The notes: generated by a model not told the origin, from the sequence alone. A stretch of 63,023 bases of DNA, filler included, from Anaerolineae bacterium (GCA_041082215.1; 8 parts of 8 records of this genome joined end to end with filler, not necessarily neighbours in it); one strand, 5' to 3'. Positions 45,483 through 55,514 are shown, counted from the whole stretch's first letter. A program made the numbers and translations.

Positions 45483-46613
45483 ATGATGGACGATCTGCGC
45501 TCCTTTTTCATTCGACGCACAGGGCAGATGCTCGATCTCCTGCGCCAACTGGTGGAGATGGAATCTCCCAGCACCGACAAATCGGCCACCGACCGCATCG
45601 TCCGCTACGTGGCCGATCAGGCTTGCAGGGTCGGGGGAGAGGTCGGTCTCATTCCTCAGGAAAAGTATGGCGACCACCTGCTGGTCCGCTGGGGGGAGGG
45701 AGAGGGAGGCTTCCTGCTCCTCTGCCACCTGGATACGGTCTGGCCGGTGGGTACGCTGGACCGGCGGCCCTGGCGGGTGGAGGGGGATCGGGCTTTCGGC
45801 CCCGGCTGTTACGACGACAAGGGGAGTGCGGTCATCGTCCTCGCCGCGCTGGAAGGGCTGCGGGAGCTGGGAATCCGCCCGGCCGGCCCCGTAACTGTCC
45901 TCTTCAATACCGATGAGGAGGTGGGCAGCCGCTCCTCTCGCCCTCTCATTGAAGCGGAGGCCCGGCGGGCGAGGGTGGTCTTCTGCGTCGAGCCGGCCCG
46001 CCCCGATGGCGCCCTTAAGGTGTGGCGGAAGGGGACCGGCCGATATACCCTGACGGCCCTGGGGCGGGCCGCCCACGCCGGAGCCGACCATGAGAGGGGG
46101 ATCAACGCCATTGAGGAACTGGCCCATCAGGTGCTGCGGCTTCAGGAGATGACCGACTACGAGCGGGGCACGACAGTCAATGTGGGATGGGTCCGGGGAG
46201 GCAGCCGGGTCAACATTGTGCCAGACCGGGCGGAGGCGTGGGTGGACCTGCGGGTACGCACCGCTGCCGAGGGGGAGCGGATGGATGCCGTCATCCGGGG
46301 GCTGCGTCCTGTGCTGGCCGGCGCGCAACTGATCGTCGAAGGGGGGCTGAGCCGCCCGCCGATGGAGGAGGGGCCGGTCACGCTGGAGCCTTTCCGCCGG
46401 GCGCGGGAGATCGGAGAGGAGCTGGGACTGACACTGACTGCCGATGGGTCCGGCGGTGCCTCTGACGGCAACTTCTCCGCCGCCCTGGGGATACCCACAC
46501 TGGACGGGCTGGGAGCGGTCGGAGATGGCGCTCACAGCGAGGACGAATACATCCTTATCCCCAGCCTGCCGGAACGGGCTGCCCTGCTGGCGGCCCTGCT
46601 CAGCCGGTGGTGA
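45483..46613 (+). CDS. M20-family metallopeptidase (glutamate carboxypeptidase-like)
   Basis: CHLDTV, DDKG, DEEVGS, VEP, AAHAG, GGASDG, GAHS. Confidence 0.9.
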   Translation: MMDDLRSFFIRRTGQMLDLLRQLVEMESPSTDKSATDRIVRYVADQACRVGGEVGLIPQEKYGDHLLVRWGEGEGGFLLLCHLDTVWPVGTLDRRPWRVEGDRAFGPGCYDDKGSAVIVLAALEGLRELGIRPAGPVTVLFNTDEEVGSRSSRPLIEAEARRARVVFCVEPARPDGALKVWRKGTGRYTLTALGRAAHAGADHERGINAIEELAHQVLRLQEMTDYERGTTVNVGWVRGGSRVNIVPDRAEAWVDLRVRTAAEGERMDAVIRGLRPVLAGAQLIVEGGLSRPPMEEGPVTLEPFRRAREIGEELGLTLTADGSGGASDGNFSAALGIPTLDGLGAVGDGAHSEDEYILIPSLPERAALLAALLSRW

Positions 46614-46634
46614 AGGGGGGTTTTCCGTATCATC

Positions 46635-46663
46635 TGGACAAGTTGGGGAAAAGCGACTATAAT
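46635..46663 (+). promoter_or_regulatory. Sigma70-type promoter
   Basis: TGGACA-N17-TATAAT about 60 nt upstream of ATG 46724. Confidence 0.6.
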
Positions 46664-46723
46664 CGCTCCACATTGACGAGCCGATCAGACCTTACGGTGT
46701 GATCCCACGGAGCGTGAGCGACC

Positions 46724-48616
46724 ATGCGTTGTCCCGATTGCGGGAAAGAGGTGCCGGAGCCGCTTTCCCTTTGCCCTCACTGCGGTCTGAACATTGAAGA
46801 GACCCAGCCGATGAAGCGGCGGCGAGGGCGCCGTCGGAGGAATCCAGCGGGCCTGGAAGAGACCATCCCCCTTCCGATCCTCGGAGAGGAGGAAAGGACG
46901 GCCGCCAGGCTTACCCTCTGGCAGCGGGTACGGGTGGTCCTTCTGGCCTTTCTGGCGTTCCTCTGCCTCCTCGTGATTTCCATTTCCCTCGGAGGGTACG
47001 CCGGCTTCCGGCAGGGAGAGCAGGCGCGCTGGGAGCAGCGGCTGGCCGCAGCCGAGGACCATTACCAGCGGGGGCTGGCCCGCCTCGACGCCGGGGAGTA
47101 CGAGCTGGCCATCGCCGAGTTTGAGTACGTCCTCCGTCTGAACCCCAATCATCCGCTCGCCGCTCAGGGGCTGGCCGAGGCCCAGGCACGCCTGGCCGAT
47201 GTCCCAACCCCTACTGCCAGGCCGACCGAGGACATTGCCCAAGAGCTGTATGGGCGGGGGAAGGCGGCCTACGAGGCCCAGGATTGGGAGACTGCAGCCC
47301 GGGCCCTCGGCGAGCTGCGCGGCTTCGCCCCCGACTACAAGACCGAGTCGGTCGAGGAGATGCTCTTCAACAGCCTCTACAACTATGGCATGGCGCTGCT
47401 GGCCCAGGACCGTCTGGAGGAAGGGATTTTCTATCTGGATCAGGCACTCCAGATCCGTCCGCTGGACCCGGAAGCGATGTGGGAGCGAGACTTAGCGCAC
47501 CGCTACCTGACGGCTGTGGGATACTGGGGGGTGGATTGGGAGCGGTGCATCCAGCGGTTTGAGGAACTCTATGCCCTTGCCCCCGCCTATAAAGATGTCC
47601 TGTCGCGGCTGTATCGGGCCCACGTCCAGTACGGTGACCTGTGGGCCGGGAAGGGAGAGATGTGCCCGGCGGTGGAGCAGTATGCCCAGGCGCTGGAGCT
47701 GGTCGCCGACGCTCAGCTTGAGCAGAAGCGGGCGGAGGCGGCGGAGGTCTGTGCTGTGGCTACACCGACCCCCATCTCGCCCATCACCGGCACTCTCTCC
47801 CCCACCAGCACGGTCTATGTGCCGGGGTTCCAGGGGGGCCGGCTGGCCTACCCGGCCTACAACGTCCAGACCGGCCTGTACGATATTTACGCTATCACTG
47901 CCGACGGGCGGCTGACGCGGCTGGTCGGAGGGGCGGACCAGCCGTGCTGGCAGTGGGGGAGCGACCGGCTGGTGTACCGTGACCGCCTCTCTTCCAGCCT
48001 TGCCATGATCCAGCCAGGCGGGCAGCCCGTGATTCTGCGGGTGGACCCGGGGGCCGCCTGGCCCACTCTCTCCCCCGACGGGGGGCGGTATGCCTATGCC
48101 GCTGCGGACTCGTCCGGCGTGTGGCGTATCTACATCGCCGCCACGGACGGCACCGGAGAACCGACGATGCACGCCATCGGCTGGGGGCCGACCTGGGGCC
48201 CCTCCGGACTCCTGGCCTGGACCGGCTGTGAGGCCGATGGGGTGACCTGTGGCATTTTCGTGGATAATCCCGACGACGATCAGCCTCCCACCCGTCTCAC
48301 CGCCAGCAGAAACGATGTCGGGCTTCACTGGGCTCCCGGTGGGGGCCTCCTGGCCTATATGTCGAACCACACTGGCTACTGGAACCTCTATCTCCTCAGC
48401 GTCACCGGCGGGGTACAGGCGCTCACCAACGACGAGACGATTGAGGCGCTGCCTACCTGGGCCCCCGACGGCTCTGCTCTGGCCTTCCTCTCCTACCAGG
48501 GTGGCCGATGGGGCATTTATCTGATGCGGCCGGACGGGGAAGATGTCCACGAGATCGTGGATCTGGGAGCTGAGATGCCTGGCTGGCAGAACCAGCGGCT
48601 GAGCTGGGCACCGTAG
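46724..48616 (+). CDS. Zinc-ribbon / TM / TPR / TolB-like (PD40) beta-propeller protein
   Basis: CPDC..CPHC, one TM helix, TPR repeats, P/T linker, repeated P.WAPDG/SPDG motifs. Confidence 0.8.
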   Translation: MRCPDCGKEVPEPLSLCPHCGLNIEETQPMKRRRGRRRRNPAGLEETIPLPILGEEERTAARLTLWQRVRVVLLAFLAFLCLLVISISLGGYAGFRQGEQARWEQRLAAAEDHYQRGLARLDAGEYELAIAEFEYVLRLNPNHPLAAQGLAEAQARLADVPTPTARPTEDIAQELYGRGKAAYEAQDWETAARALGELRGFAPDYKTESVEEMLFNSLYNYGMALLAQDRLEEGIFYLDQALQIRPLDPEAMWERDLAHRYLTAVGYWGVDWERCIQRFEELYALAPAYKDVLSRLYRAHVQYGDLWAGKGEMCPAVEQYAQALELVADAQLEQKRAEAAEVCAVATPTPISPITGTLSPTSTVYVPGFQGGRLAYPAYNVQTGLYDIYAITADGRLTRLVGGADQPCWQWGSDRLVYRDRLSSSLAMIQPGGQPVILRVDPGAAWPTLSPDGGRYAYAAADSSGVWRIYIAATDGTGEPTMHAIGWGPTWGPSGLLAWTGCEADGVTCGIFVDNPDDDQPPTRLTASRNDVGLHWAPGGGLLAYMSNHTGYWNLYLLSVTGGVQALTNDETIEALPTWAPDGSALAFLSYQGGRWGIYLMRPDGEDVHEIVDLGAEMPGWQNQRLSWAP

Positions 48617-48617
48617 C

Positions 48618-48646
48618 TTGACGGAGAGGGCCAAAGGCGGTATACT
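48618..48646 (+). promoter_or_regulatory. Promoter of the tRNA operon
   Basis: TTGACG-N17-TATACT, 9 nt before tRNA-Pro. Confidence 0.75.
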
Positions 48647-48655
48647 TGCGATTGG

Positions 48656-48728
48656 CGGGGCGTGGCGCAGAAGGAAGCGCGCTGCGTTTGGGACGCAGAG
48701 GTCGCCGGTTCAAGTCCGGCCGCCCCGA
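48656..48728 (+). tRNA. tRNA-Pro(TGG)
   Basis: Acceptor CGGGGCG/CGCCCCG, anticodon arm CTGCG-TTTGGGA-CGCAG, T-loop GTTCAAG. Confidence 0.93.
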
Positions 48729-48730
48729 CC

Positions 48731-48801
48731 GCGGGCGTTGCAAAATGGTATTGCCGCAGCCTTCCAAGCTGCTGTTGCGGGTTCGATTCCCGCCGCCCGC
48801 T
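48731..48801 (+). tRNA. tRNA-Gly(TCC)
   Basis: Acceptor GCGGGCG/CGCCCGC, U discriminator, anticodon arm GCAGC-CTTCCAA-GCTGC, T-loop GTTCGAT. Confidence 0.92.
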
Positions 48802-48815
48802 CTATTTCCAGCCCG

Positions 48816-48888
48816 GGGCCCATAGCTCAGCGGTCAGAGCAGCCGGCTCATAACCGGTCGGTCGCAGGTTCGAATCCTGCTGGGCCCA
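48816..48888 (+). tRNA. tRNA with CAT anticodon, probably tRNA-Ile2 (lysidine)
   Basis: Acceptor GGGCCCA/TGGGCCC, arm GCCGG-CTCATAA-CCGGT; paired 1-72 and no three G-C pairs in the anticodon stem exclude fMet; resembles Ile2 more than elongator Met. Confidence 0.85.
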
Positions 48889-48900
48889 TTGAGCGGGAGT

Positions 48901-48940
48901 GTTTTCGCCGGGCAGGCAGAAGCCGCCCGGCAAAGTTTTA
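48901..48940. terminator. Probable bidirectional terminator
   Basis: gccgggc...gcccggc stem with T/A tracts between the tRNA operon and the convergent gene. Confidence 0.55.
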
Positions 48941-48942
48941 TC

Positions 48943-49761
48943 TCACGGCCCCAGCCCGGGGAATCCCTCCAGGGTGCCGGTCATTCCGTAGCGCAACAGG
49001 TCAATCAGGCCGATCTCCAGAAATGCCAGCGTGGTCCCCACCAGGAGAGGGACGGCGGCCTCTCTCCAGCCGTCGTACTGGTTTTCCCGCCCCGCGAAGA
49101 TCACCACGGCCACCGTGTTCACAGTACCGAGCATCGTCACCACGCCCGCCGCACTGGCCAGTGCCAGGGGATAGAGCAGCGGCGGCCAGCGGGTCCATAC
49201 CAGAGCTGCCATCCCTGCCTCCATCCCCACCAGCACCCCCAGGTCCCGCCAGCCCCGGATCACCCGCTCCGGCGAGGGGTTCCGCCAGAGGCTGAAATGG
49301 ATCATCGGCAGGAGGATGCTGCTGAGGGCCAGGCCGTTGAGCGAACCGGTGATCAACCGTAGCCATTGCTGCGGTTCGTACAGATGGGGAGCGCCGGGGA
49401 TCATGCTCAGGTAGGAGTTGAGGCCGTCGGCTCCCATCAGGAAGATGAAGCCGATCAGGAGGGCCAGGATCGGCGGAGGGGGGAACTCGGACGCCCGTCG
49501 TCGGCGAAGGGCCAGCTCCTGGCCCAGCAGGCCTGTGAGGGCGCCAAGGAAGGTGCCGGTGCACCGGGCGCAGAGGGGGAGCTGCCGCCCTCCCACAAAG
49601 AAGGAATGGGAGGGGATGCGGTGGCAGACGGCATATCCCACCCAGTCCGTCTGGGTCAGCAGGTCGCCCGGCGTCAGTTCCACGTAGGCCCCGATGATCA
49701 GGGCACACAGGAGCACGATAACGATTCTTCCAAAGCGCCGGGTGGGAAGTTCTTTCGTCAT
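48943..49761 (-). CDS. DUF2085-like membrane protein
   Basis: VCHRIPSHSF...QLPLCARCTG and DGLNS motifs, multiple TM helices. Confidence 0.8.
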   Translation of the reverse strand: MTKELPTRRFGRIVIVLLCALIIGAYVELTPGDLLTQTDWVGYAVCHRIPSHSFFVGGRQLPLCARCTGTFLGALTGLLGQELALRRRRASEFPPPPILALLIGFIFLMGADGLNSYLSMIPGAPHLYEPQQWLRLITGSLNGLALSSILLPMIHFSLWRNPSPERVIRGWRDLGVLVGMEAGMAALVWTRWPPLLYPLALASAAGVVTMLGTVNTVAVVIFAGRENQYDGWREAAVPLLVGTTLAFLEIGLIDLLRYGMTGTLEGFPGLGP

Positions 49762-49825
49762 AGGGCATCTACTTGAGGGTGGTATTGTACCCCATCCCGG
49801 GCAGATCGCAAAGGGCTGTTTTGCT

Positions 49826-50356
49826 TCAACGCGACCGGTTCGATAGCCATCGAACCACCTGCTCGGGCAGCCTGGCCCGATTCTCCACGGTCACCTCCCA
49901 CAGCGTCACGCTGGGCATCGCCTTGAGGGCGTCCACCCACGGATAGGGCTTTGCCATCACCGTTGCCACCACCGTCCACGGCCCGTTGACCGCCTGCAAT
50001 ACGGCCTCCTTGAACGGACCAGAAAAAAGCTCCATTTTACCGATCTCGTCTATGACGACGATCCGTCCCTGTTCCATAGCCTGCCGGAGGGCTGTCACCC
50101 CTACCCGTCCGATTGCCTCCACGTCCACCCCATACCGGCCCACGCGGGGTTGCCCGCTCCCTTTCAGCGCGATGTGGGCCATCACCGCCTCCTCCCCATC
50201 CAGCGTCACCAGTCGGAAGCCCTTGCGTCCGCCAGGGCCCCGGATCTCCTCGGTGTAGAACCCTCCGGCCCGTTCTCCGAGCGCTTCCGCCACTGCCTTG
50301 ATCACAGTCGTCTTGCCGATCCCCGGCCGCCCAACCAGCAACAGAGTGCGTCCCAT
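49826..50356 (-). CDS. THEP1/NTPase_1-family nucleoside triphosphatase
   Basis: GRPGIGKTT, GGFYTEEIR, VGRYGVD, IDEIGKME. Confidence 0.9.
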   Translation of the reverse strand: MGRTLLLVGRPGIGKTTVIKAVAEALGERAGGFYTEEIRGPGGRKGFRLVTLDGEEAVMAHIALKGSGQPRVGRYGVDVEAIGRVGVTALRQAMEQGRIVVIDEIGKMELFSGPFKEAVLQAVNGPWTVVATVMAKPYPWVDALKAMPSVTLWEVTVENRARLPEQVVRWLSNRSR

Positions 50357-50464
50357 TTCCCACCTCCGGCCCGATTATACGCTGCGCCCCTCAATTGCTC
50401 AACCCCCCATCCCGGTGTACAATCCAGCCACGAGCAACCGGCAACCAGCAACCAGCCACGACCA

Positions 50465-51601
50465 ATGAACCGCGACATCCGCCTGATCGCCCTGGCCCTC
50501 TTTCTTTGGGGATTGGGGGAGGGGTTGTTTATGTATATCCAGCCCCTCTACATAGCTGAGTTGGGAGCAGACCCGGCTCAGATCGGTGGGGTGCTTTCCC
50601 TGATGGGGCTGGCGGCCGGGCTGACCTATATCCCGGCCGGCCTCCTGGCCGATCGGTTGCCCCGCAAGCCCTTGCTGGCGGGCGGGTGGTTCTCCGGGTT
50701 TCTGGCCGTGCTGATCTCCGCCCTGGCGCGGGATTGGCGGGCGCTGATACCGGGCCTGGTCCTCTACGGCCTTTCCGCCTACTGTATCCCCGTCATCAAC
50801 GCCTACGTGGCGACGGCGGCGGGGGGGAGGGACCTGGAGCGGGTGTTTACCACGACCTTTGCCGCCTTCACAGCAGGAGCTGTGGTCTCCCCTGCGGTGG
50901 GAGGAGGGCTGGCGGAGCTCCTCTCGATGCGGGCCGTCTACCTGATCTCGGCGGGGATCTTCGCCTTTTCTACGGTTGTGGTGCTCCAGATTTCCCCTCA
51001 GCAGCCGTTGAAAGTGCGGCAACGGCGGGAGAAGGGGCGGTTGTTGCTGACCCGCCGCTTCATCCGGTTTGCGGCTCCGGTTCTGCTCTCTTTCTTCTCG
51101 ATGTACCTGGTTTTTCCGCTGGCCCCCAACTTCCTGAGCGATGTGCGAGGATTGAGCACCGCTCAGGTGGGGATGCTCGGCTCAGTCTACGCAGTGGGGA
51201 CGACGCTCTTCTCCCCTATTCTGGGGAGATTGAGGAAGGGCGAGCGGTCGTGGGGAATGGCGGTGGGACAGGGGATGGTATGGGCCTCGGCGGGGCTGCT
51301 TTTGTGGGCGCCGGGCTGGGCAGGGGTGACGGCGGCCTTCCTCCTGCGGGGTGGATACTATGCCTGCCGTGCCCTTACCCAGGCGAGGGCCAGCGACCTG
51401 CTGGGGGAGGAGAACCGGGGGCTGGCTATGGGAGGAGTCCAGACGGCAATGGTTGCTGCAGAGGTGCTGGCACCGGCGGTAGCTGGCTGGCTCTATGAGG
51501 GGCAGCCGACCTGGCCTTTCCTGACCGCGCTGGCCCTGATCCCGGTCAGCATCCTGCTCGGGCCTCTTGTCAGGGGGCGCGGAGACACGGGGACGCGGTG
51601 A
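50465..51601 (+). CDS. MFS transporter
   Basis: About 12 TM helices, motif A GLLADRLPRK; start ATG 50465. Confidence 0.85.
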   Translation: MNRDIRLIALALFLWGLGEGLFMYIQPLYIAELGADPAQIGGVLSLMGLAAGLTYIPAGLLADRLPRKPLLAGGWFSGFLAVLISALARDWRALIPGLVLYGLSAYCIPVINAYVATAAGGRDLERVFTTTFAAFTAGAVVSPAVGGGLAELLSMRAVYLISAGIFAFSTVVVLQISPQQPLKVRQRREKGRLLLTRRFIRFAAPVLLSFFSMYLVFPLAPNFLSDVRGLSTAQVGMLGSVYAVGTTLFSPILGRLRKGERSWGMAVGQGMVWASAGLLLWAPGWAGVTAAFLLRGGYYACRALTQARASDLLGEENRGLAMGGVQTAMVAAEVLAPAVAGWLYEGQPTWPFLTALALIPVSILLGPLVRGRGDTGTR

Positions 51602-51678
51602 AGCGGAGACGCAGGGACACAGAGACACGGGGACGCGGGGGCGATCGCCGCGTCTCCCCCTCTCCGCGTCTCCGGGTC
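51581..51678. repeat. Tandem/inverted 8-nt-unit repeat (GGAGACAC/GGGGACGC) between convergent genes
   Basis: ggagacac ggggacgc ... then ccgcgtct ccccctct ccgcgtct; same family at about 21203-21238. Confidence 0.65.
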
Positions 51679-51685
51679 CTCTTGT

Positions 51686-53050
51686 CTAGGGCGCCCGGTC
51701 GCCGCTGACGGCGGGCAGGTGATCGGTCTCGTTGAGGGCCAGCAGGCGGGCCTGCCCTTTTGTCACCGCCACCCGGGTCAGGCCGCAGTGGTCCAGGGGA
51801 TACGCCCACCATTCTCCCAGCTCCTCCGGCAGCAGGTAGGCCAGGCAGGCGCGGAGGGTCCCTCCGTGGGCGACGATGATGACCGTCCCCTGAGGGTGGC
51901 GAGAGAGGATCTCCGTGCAGGCCCCGGCGACGCGGCGGAAGAAGTCGGCCCGTTTCTCCCCGCCGGGCCAGGTGTACTCGGCATCGTCCTTATCGAGCCA
52001 GCGGGCATAGAGGTCCGGGTAGCGGGTTTGCATTTCCTTCAGCGTTACTCCGTCCAGATCGCCGAAGTGGATCTCCCGCAGCCCCTCCACAGGGATCGGC
52101 TCAAGCCCCAGCGCCCGCCCGATGGCCTCGGCGGTCTTCCGCGCCCGGGGGAGGGGGCTGGTATAGATGGCGGCCTCGCCGCAGACCTCGGCGACCAGCC
52201 TGCGGGCGGTGGCCTCGATCTGGGCGTGCCCTCGCTCTGTGATCTCGGTGTCTCCCCATCCCACCCATCGCCGTTCCACGTTGGCGGCCGTCTCGGCATG
52301 GCGGATGAGGATGAGCTGGAGGCTGGTTGATGGTTGGTTTTTGCTGGCAAAAAAGGCGCATTCGTTGCGGAGGACGCAGGCTTCGCAGCGGGGGGCGCGG
52401 GCCTGGCAGACAGCCCGGCCGTGGGCGATGAGGTTAAGGTGGAGAGGGTAATAGACCTGCGGGGGTATGATCGCCTCCAGCAGCTCATGGGCCCGCTCGC
52501 GGGAGGTCCGCTGGGGGATCCATCCCAGCCGGCGGGCCACGCGATGGATATGGGTATCCACAGGAAAGGCGGGCCTGCCCAGGGCGAAGCAGAGAACGAT
52601 CGCCGCCGTCTTGGGGCCGACGCCCGGAAGGGAAAGGAGCCAGCTTCGAGCCGCCTCCGACGGCATACCGGCCAGGAAGTCCAGGGAGATGCGGCCCTCT
52701 TCATCCGTGATGCGGCGCAGGACCTCCTGGATGCGGGGGGCCTTGGTGGGAGCCAGCCCCGCCGGTCGGATCGCCTCGATCAGATCGGGGAGCGGTGCGT
52801 CGCGGGCCGCTTCCCACGTTGGGAACCGTTCCCTGAGCTGCTCGAAGGCCCGGTCCCGGTTGACGTCGTTGGTGTTCTGGGAGAGGATGGTGGAGACCAG
52901 AGTAGCGACCGGATCGCGGGGATGCCAGGGGTGATCGCCGTACTCGGCAAGGAGCAGGTTGTGGATGCGGAGGATTTTCTCAGGTTCAGGCGACCAGCGG
53001 GTTGCCTCTACTTCGGGTTTCAGGTTCTGTGGAGGTGTTCCATTCGTCAT
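51686..53050 (-). CDS. nth: Endonuclease III (HhH-GPD, 4Fe-4S) fused to a histidine phosphatase
   Basis: ILSQNTND, LPGVGPKTA, VDTH, C-x6-C-x2-C-x5-C; then LIRHAET, TSPLPRA, LREIHFG, AHGG. Confidence 0.85.
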   Translation of the reverse strand: MTNGTPPQNLKPEVEATRWSPEPEKILRIHNLLLAEYGDHPWHPRDPVATLVSTILSQNTNDVNRDRAFEQLRERFPTWEAARDAPLPDLIEAIRPAGLAPTKAPRIQEVLRRITDEEGRISLDFLAGMPSEAARSWLLSLPGVGPKTAAIVLCFALGRPAFPVDTHIHRVARRLGWIPQRTSRERAHELLEAIIPPQVYYPLHLNLIAHGRAVCQARAPRCEACVLRNECAFFASKNQPSTSLQLILIRHAETAANVERRWVGWGDTEITERGHAQIEATARRLVAEVCGEAAIYTSPLPRARKTAEAIGRALGLEPIPVEGLREIHFGDLDGVTLKEMQTRYPDLYARWLDKDDAEYTWPGGEKRADFFRRVAGACTEILSRHPQGTVIIVAHGGTLRACLAYLLPEELGEWWAYPLDHCGLTRVAVTKGQARLLALNETDHLPAVSGDRAP

Positions 53051-53567
53051 CAGTCATTGCCTGGGCTGGGGTTGTCGCGGTCCAGATGCCAGTTGGCTGG
53101 ATTATTGAGAATATACCGCCGGGTGGCATGGAGTTCCCGCTCATTACGGATGATCCGCTCATAGTAGTTTCGTTGCCACACGGGGACGTCCGGGGTTTCC
53201 CGCAATTGGTTGACCCGTTTAGTGACGGCGGATTTGAAGCCGGCGATGATGGCACCGATAGAACCGGATTGGGGGCCACGGGGACCACCCGTATGGGTGA
53301 TCAACGTGGGGATGGCCTGCCGGTCGTCCACCGACGAATCGTCCACCGCAGGGGCGACCTGCCGGTCGTCCACCGCAGGGGCGACCTGCCGGTCGCACAT
53401 CGCAGGGGCGACCTGCCGGTCGCACATCGCAGGGGCGACCTGCCGGTCGTCCACCGCAGGGGCGACCTGCCGGTCGTCCACCGTAGGGGCGACCTGCCGG
53501 TCGTCCACCGCAGGGGCGACCTGCCGGTCGTCCACCGTAGGGGCGACCTGCCGGTCGTCCACCGGAG
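53050..53567 (-). CDS. REP-associated tyrosine transposase (RAYT/Y1), C-terminal part, with an in-frame REP array
   Basis: SIGAIIAGFKSAVTK, VWQRNYYERIIR, YILNNP.NW; N-terminus lost at the contig edge. Confidence 0.85.
53306..53563. repeat. Tandem array of 27-bp REP hairpins (8 near-identical copies plus 1 degenerate)
   Basis: g(c/t)aggggcgacc-tgcc-ggtcgtccacc starting at 53348, 53375, 53402, 53429, 53456, 53483, 53510 and 53537. Confidence 0.9.
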
Positions 53568-53667
53568 NNNNNNNNNNNNNNNNNNNNNNNNNNNNNNNNN
53601 NNNNNNNNNNNTTAATTAATTAANNNNNNNNNNNNNNNNNNNNNNNNNNNNNNNNNNNNNNNNNNNN

Positions 53668-53790
53668 GGGAGGGGGAGCGGGGGTGGGGGTCTCAGCCCC
53701 CTCCCCCGTAGACGGGGGAGGGGGAGCGGGGGTGGGGGTCTCAGCCCCCTCCCCCGTAGACGGGGGAAGGGGAGCGGGGGTGGGGGTAAA
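53668..53790. repeat. 48-bp palindromic tandem repeat in the coding frame (TPTPAPPPPSTGEGAE)
   Basis: ccccctcccccgt-ag-acgggggagggg hairpin units, about 2.5 copies up to the contig edge. Confidence 0.75.
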
Positions 53791-55452
53791 AACGACCACC
53801 AGCACCAGCGCCAGCAGTGAGAGAGCGGAGAGTACATCCGCCGCCAGCCGCAGCGGGGTCTCCCCGAAGCGGATGGCGATATGGTGGCGGCCCGCCGGGA
53901 CCGGAAAAGTGAACCGCCCCCATTCGGTCTCCGGCGCAACCTTCACCTCGTGACCGTCCACCCAGGCCCGCCAGCCGGGGTAATAGAAACGGTTGACGGT
54001 CATCTGGAAGGGCTCAGAGCTTTCCACCCACGCCTCGGCGGAGAAGAGTCCGGTCTGTTCCTCCTGAAGCGTCGCGCCTTGTGGAAGCGCGGTGGGCTCA
54101 AAGACGTTCCCTGCCGAGAAAGGCGGACGTCCCTGGACCAGACGGGGCAGGAACTCACCCCCGGACGTTCCCACCCCTCCACCAACGTGCTCATACGTCC
54201 TGAGGCTGCCAATGGAGACCTCGTCCCACCCCGGACAGTAACGGACGTTGTAGAGCCAGCCCAGGTCAGCCAGGATCAGCGCCAGGATGATCAGGACAAC
54301 GGCGAGGCCGCGCCAGCGGGAATGGCCCACCAGTTCCACCGTTGCGCCGATGAGGACCGCCAGGGAGAGAGAAGCCGGTCCCAGGAACCGCCACGGGAAC
54401 TGAAAGTTGTGGAGAAAGGAGATGGACTCCCAGGCCGGCCCGGAGATGGGCAGGGCCATCAGGGTGGATAGCAGGAACACCAAGCCAAAGAAGGCGACCT
54501 GTCGGCGGCGATGGTCGGAGAACCGGAAGAGCCCCACCAGCAGGCCGGGCAACCCCAGGAGGGTAGCGACCAGCCCCAGCGACCGAGGCGGGTAGGGATT
54601 GACCAGGTCGGGACGAACCGGCTCCCAGGCGAAGACGGTGTAGCTCAGGGAAAAGAAATGGGACCTGTACCCGCCGGGAAAGCCATAAGGGACCCGTTCC
54701 AGTTGGACCAGGGGCCGCTCTGCCCAGGCAGGAATCCAGAAGAACAGGGAGAGTCCCAGCCCCAGCCCGACGACGGCCGCCGCGGTCAGAAGTTTCCGAC
54801 GCAGCGAGAGGGGCGACCGGGAGAAGGCCTCCATCAGCGCGTAGAGGGAGACGAGGGGAGTTCCCACCACAGCGGCGACGCTGTGGGTAATAAGCAGCGC
54901 GCCGAAGAGGATAGTTCCCGCCGCGACCCATCCCTTCCGGCCTGTTCGGACGGCCCGGCCAACGGACCACCAGGCCCAGGGGAGCAGTGCCCACCCCATC
55001 GCTTCTGGCAGCGCCCCCCGGTAGAGAGGGTTATAGGCCACATACGGCGCGTACATCGCCGCGACTCCGGCGACGAGGGCAGATTCCTCTCTCAAAAGGT
55101 CCCGGGCCAGAAAGTAGACCCCCAGGCCAGCCAGCAGGAAGGTCAGAGCCTGAGCGATTCGGACCCCCGGCGTGATGCCAAAGCCCAGCCGGGCAATCAC
55201 CAGCGCAATGTAATAAGAAAGGGGCGGGTAGAAATTGAAGACAGGATACCCGAACCCCCATCCCATATCTGGTGCCAGGCGAGCGTAAAAAACCCTCTGG
55301 GACCAGAGGTGGTCTATCTGGACCACCCGCAGGAGGTGCAGAAGCATATCGTCGCCGCAGACCATCGTCGGGCCGATGGCCGCTCGCGCTGGCACCCACC
55401 AGAGAACCAGGATTGTCAGTGCGGGGATCAAATGCTTGAAAAAACGGCTCAT
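53668..55452 (-). CDS. Polytopic membrane protein, PTPS-related/YfhO GT-C glycosyltransferase-like; 3' end cut
   Basis: DDMLLH, GYPVFNFYPPLSYY, RGALPE, QFPWRFLG, YYPGWRA.VDG, H.I.IRFGETPLR. Confidence 0.75.
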
Positions 55453-55514
55453 TTTCTCTTCCAACCGTTTTTTGAGCGGCAAAGTACCAGAAACTTTAGA
55501 AGTGTAGCGTAAGG

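Noticed and set aside
50425..50462. 7-nt tandem repeat (agcaacc) before the MFS gene as a phase-variation tract
   Set aside because: Few, degenerate copies; similar short repeats occur at other gene junctions (about 15610-15640, 27520-27550) with no sign of switching
53306..53563. Possible CRISPR array
   Set aside because: Units are head-to-tail with no unique spacers, no cas genes are present, and the array lies within a RAYT frame
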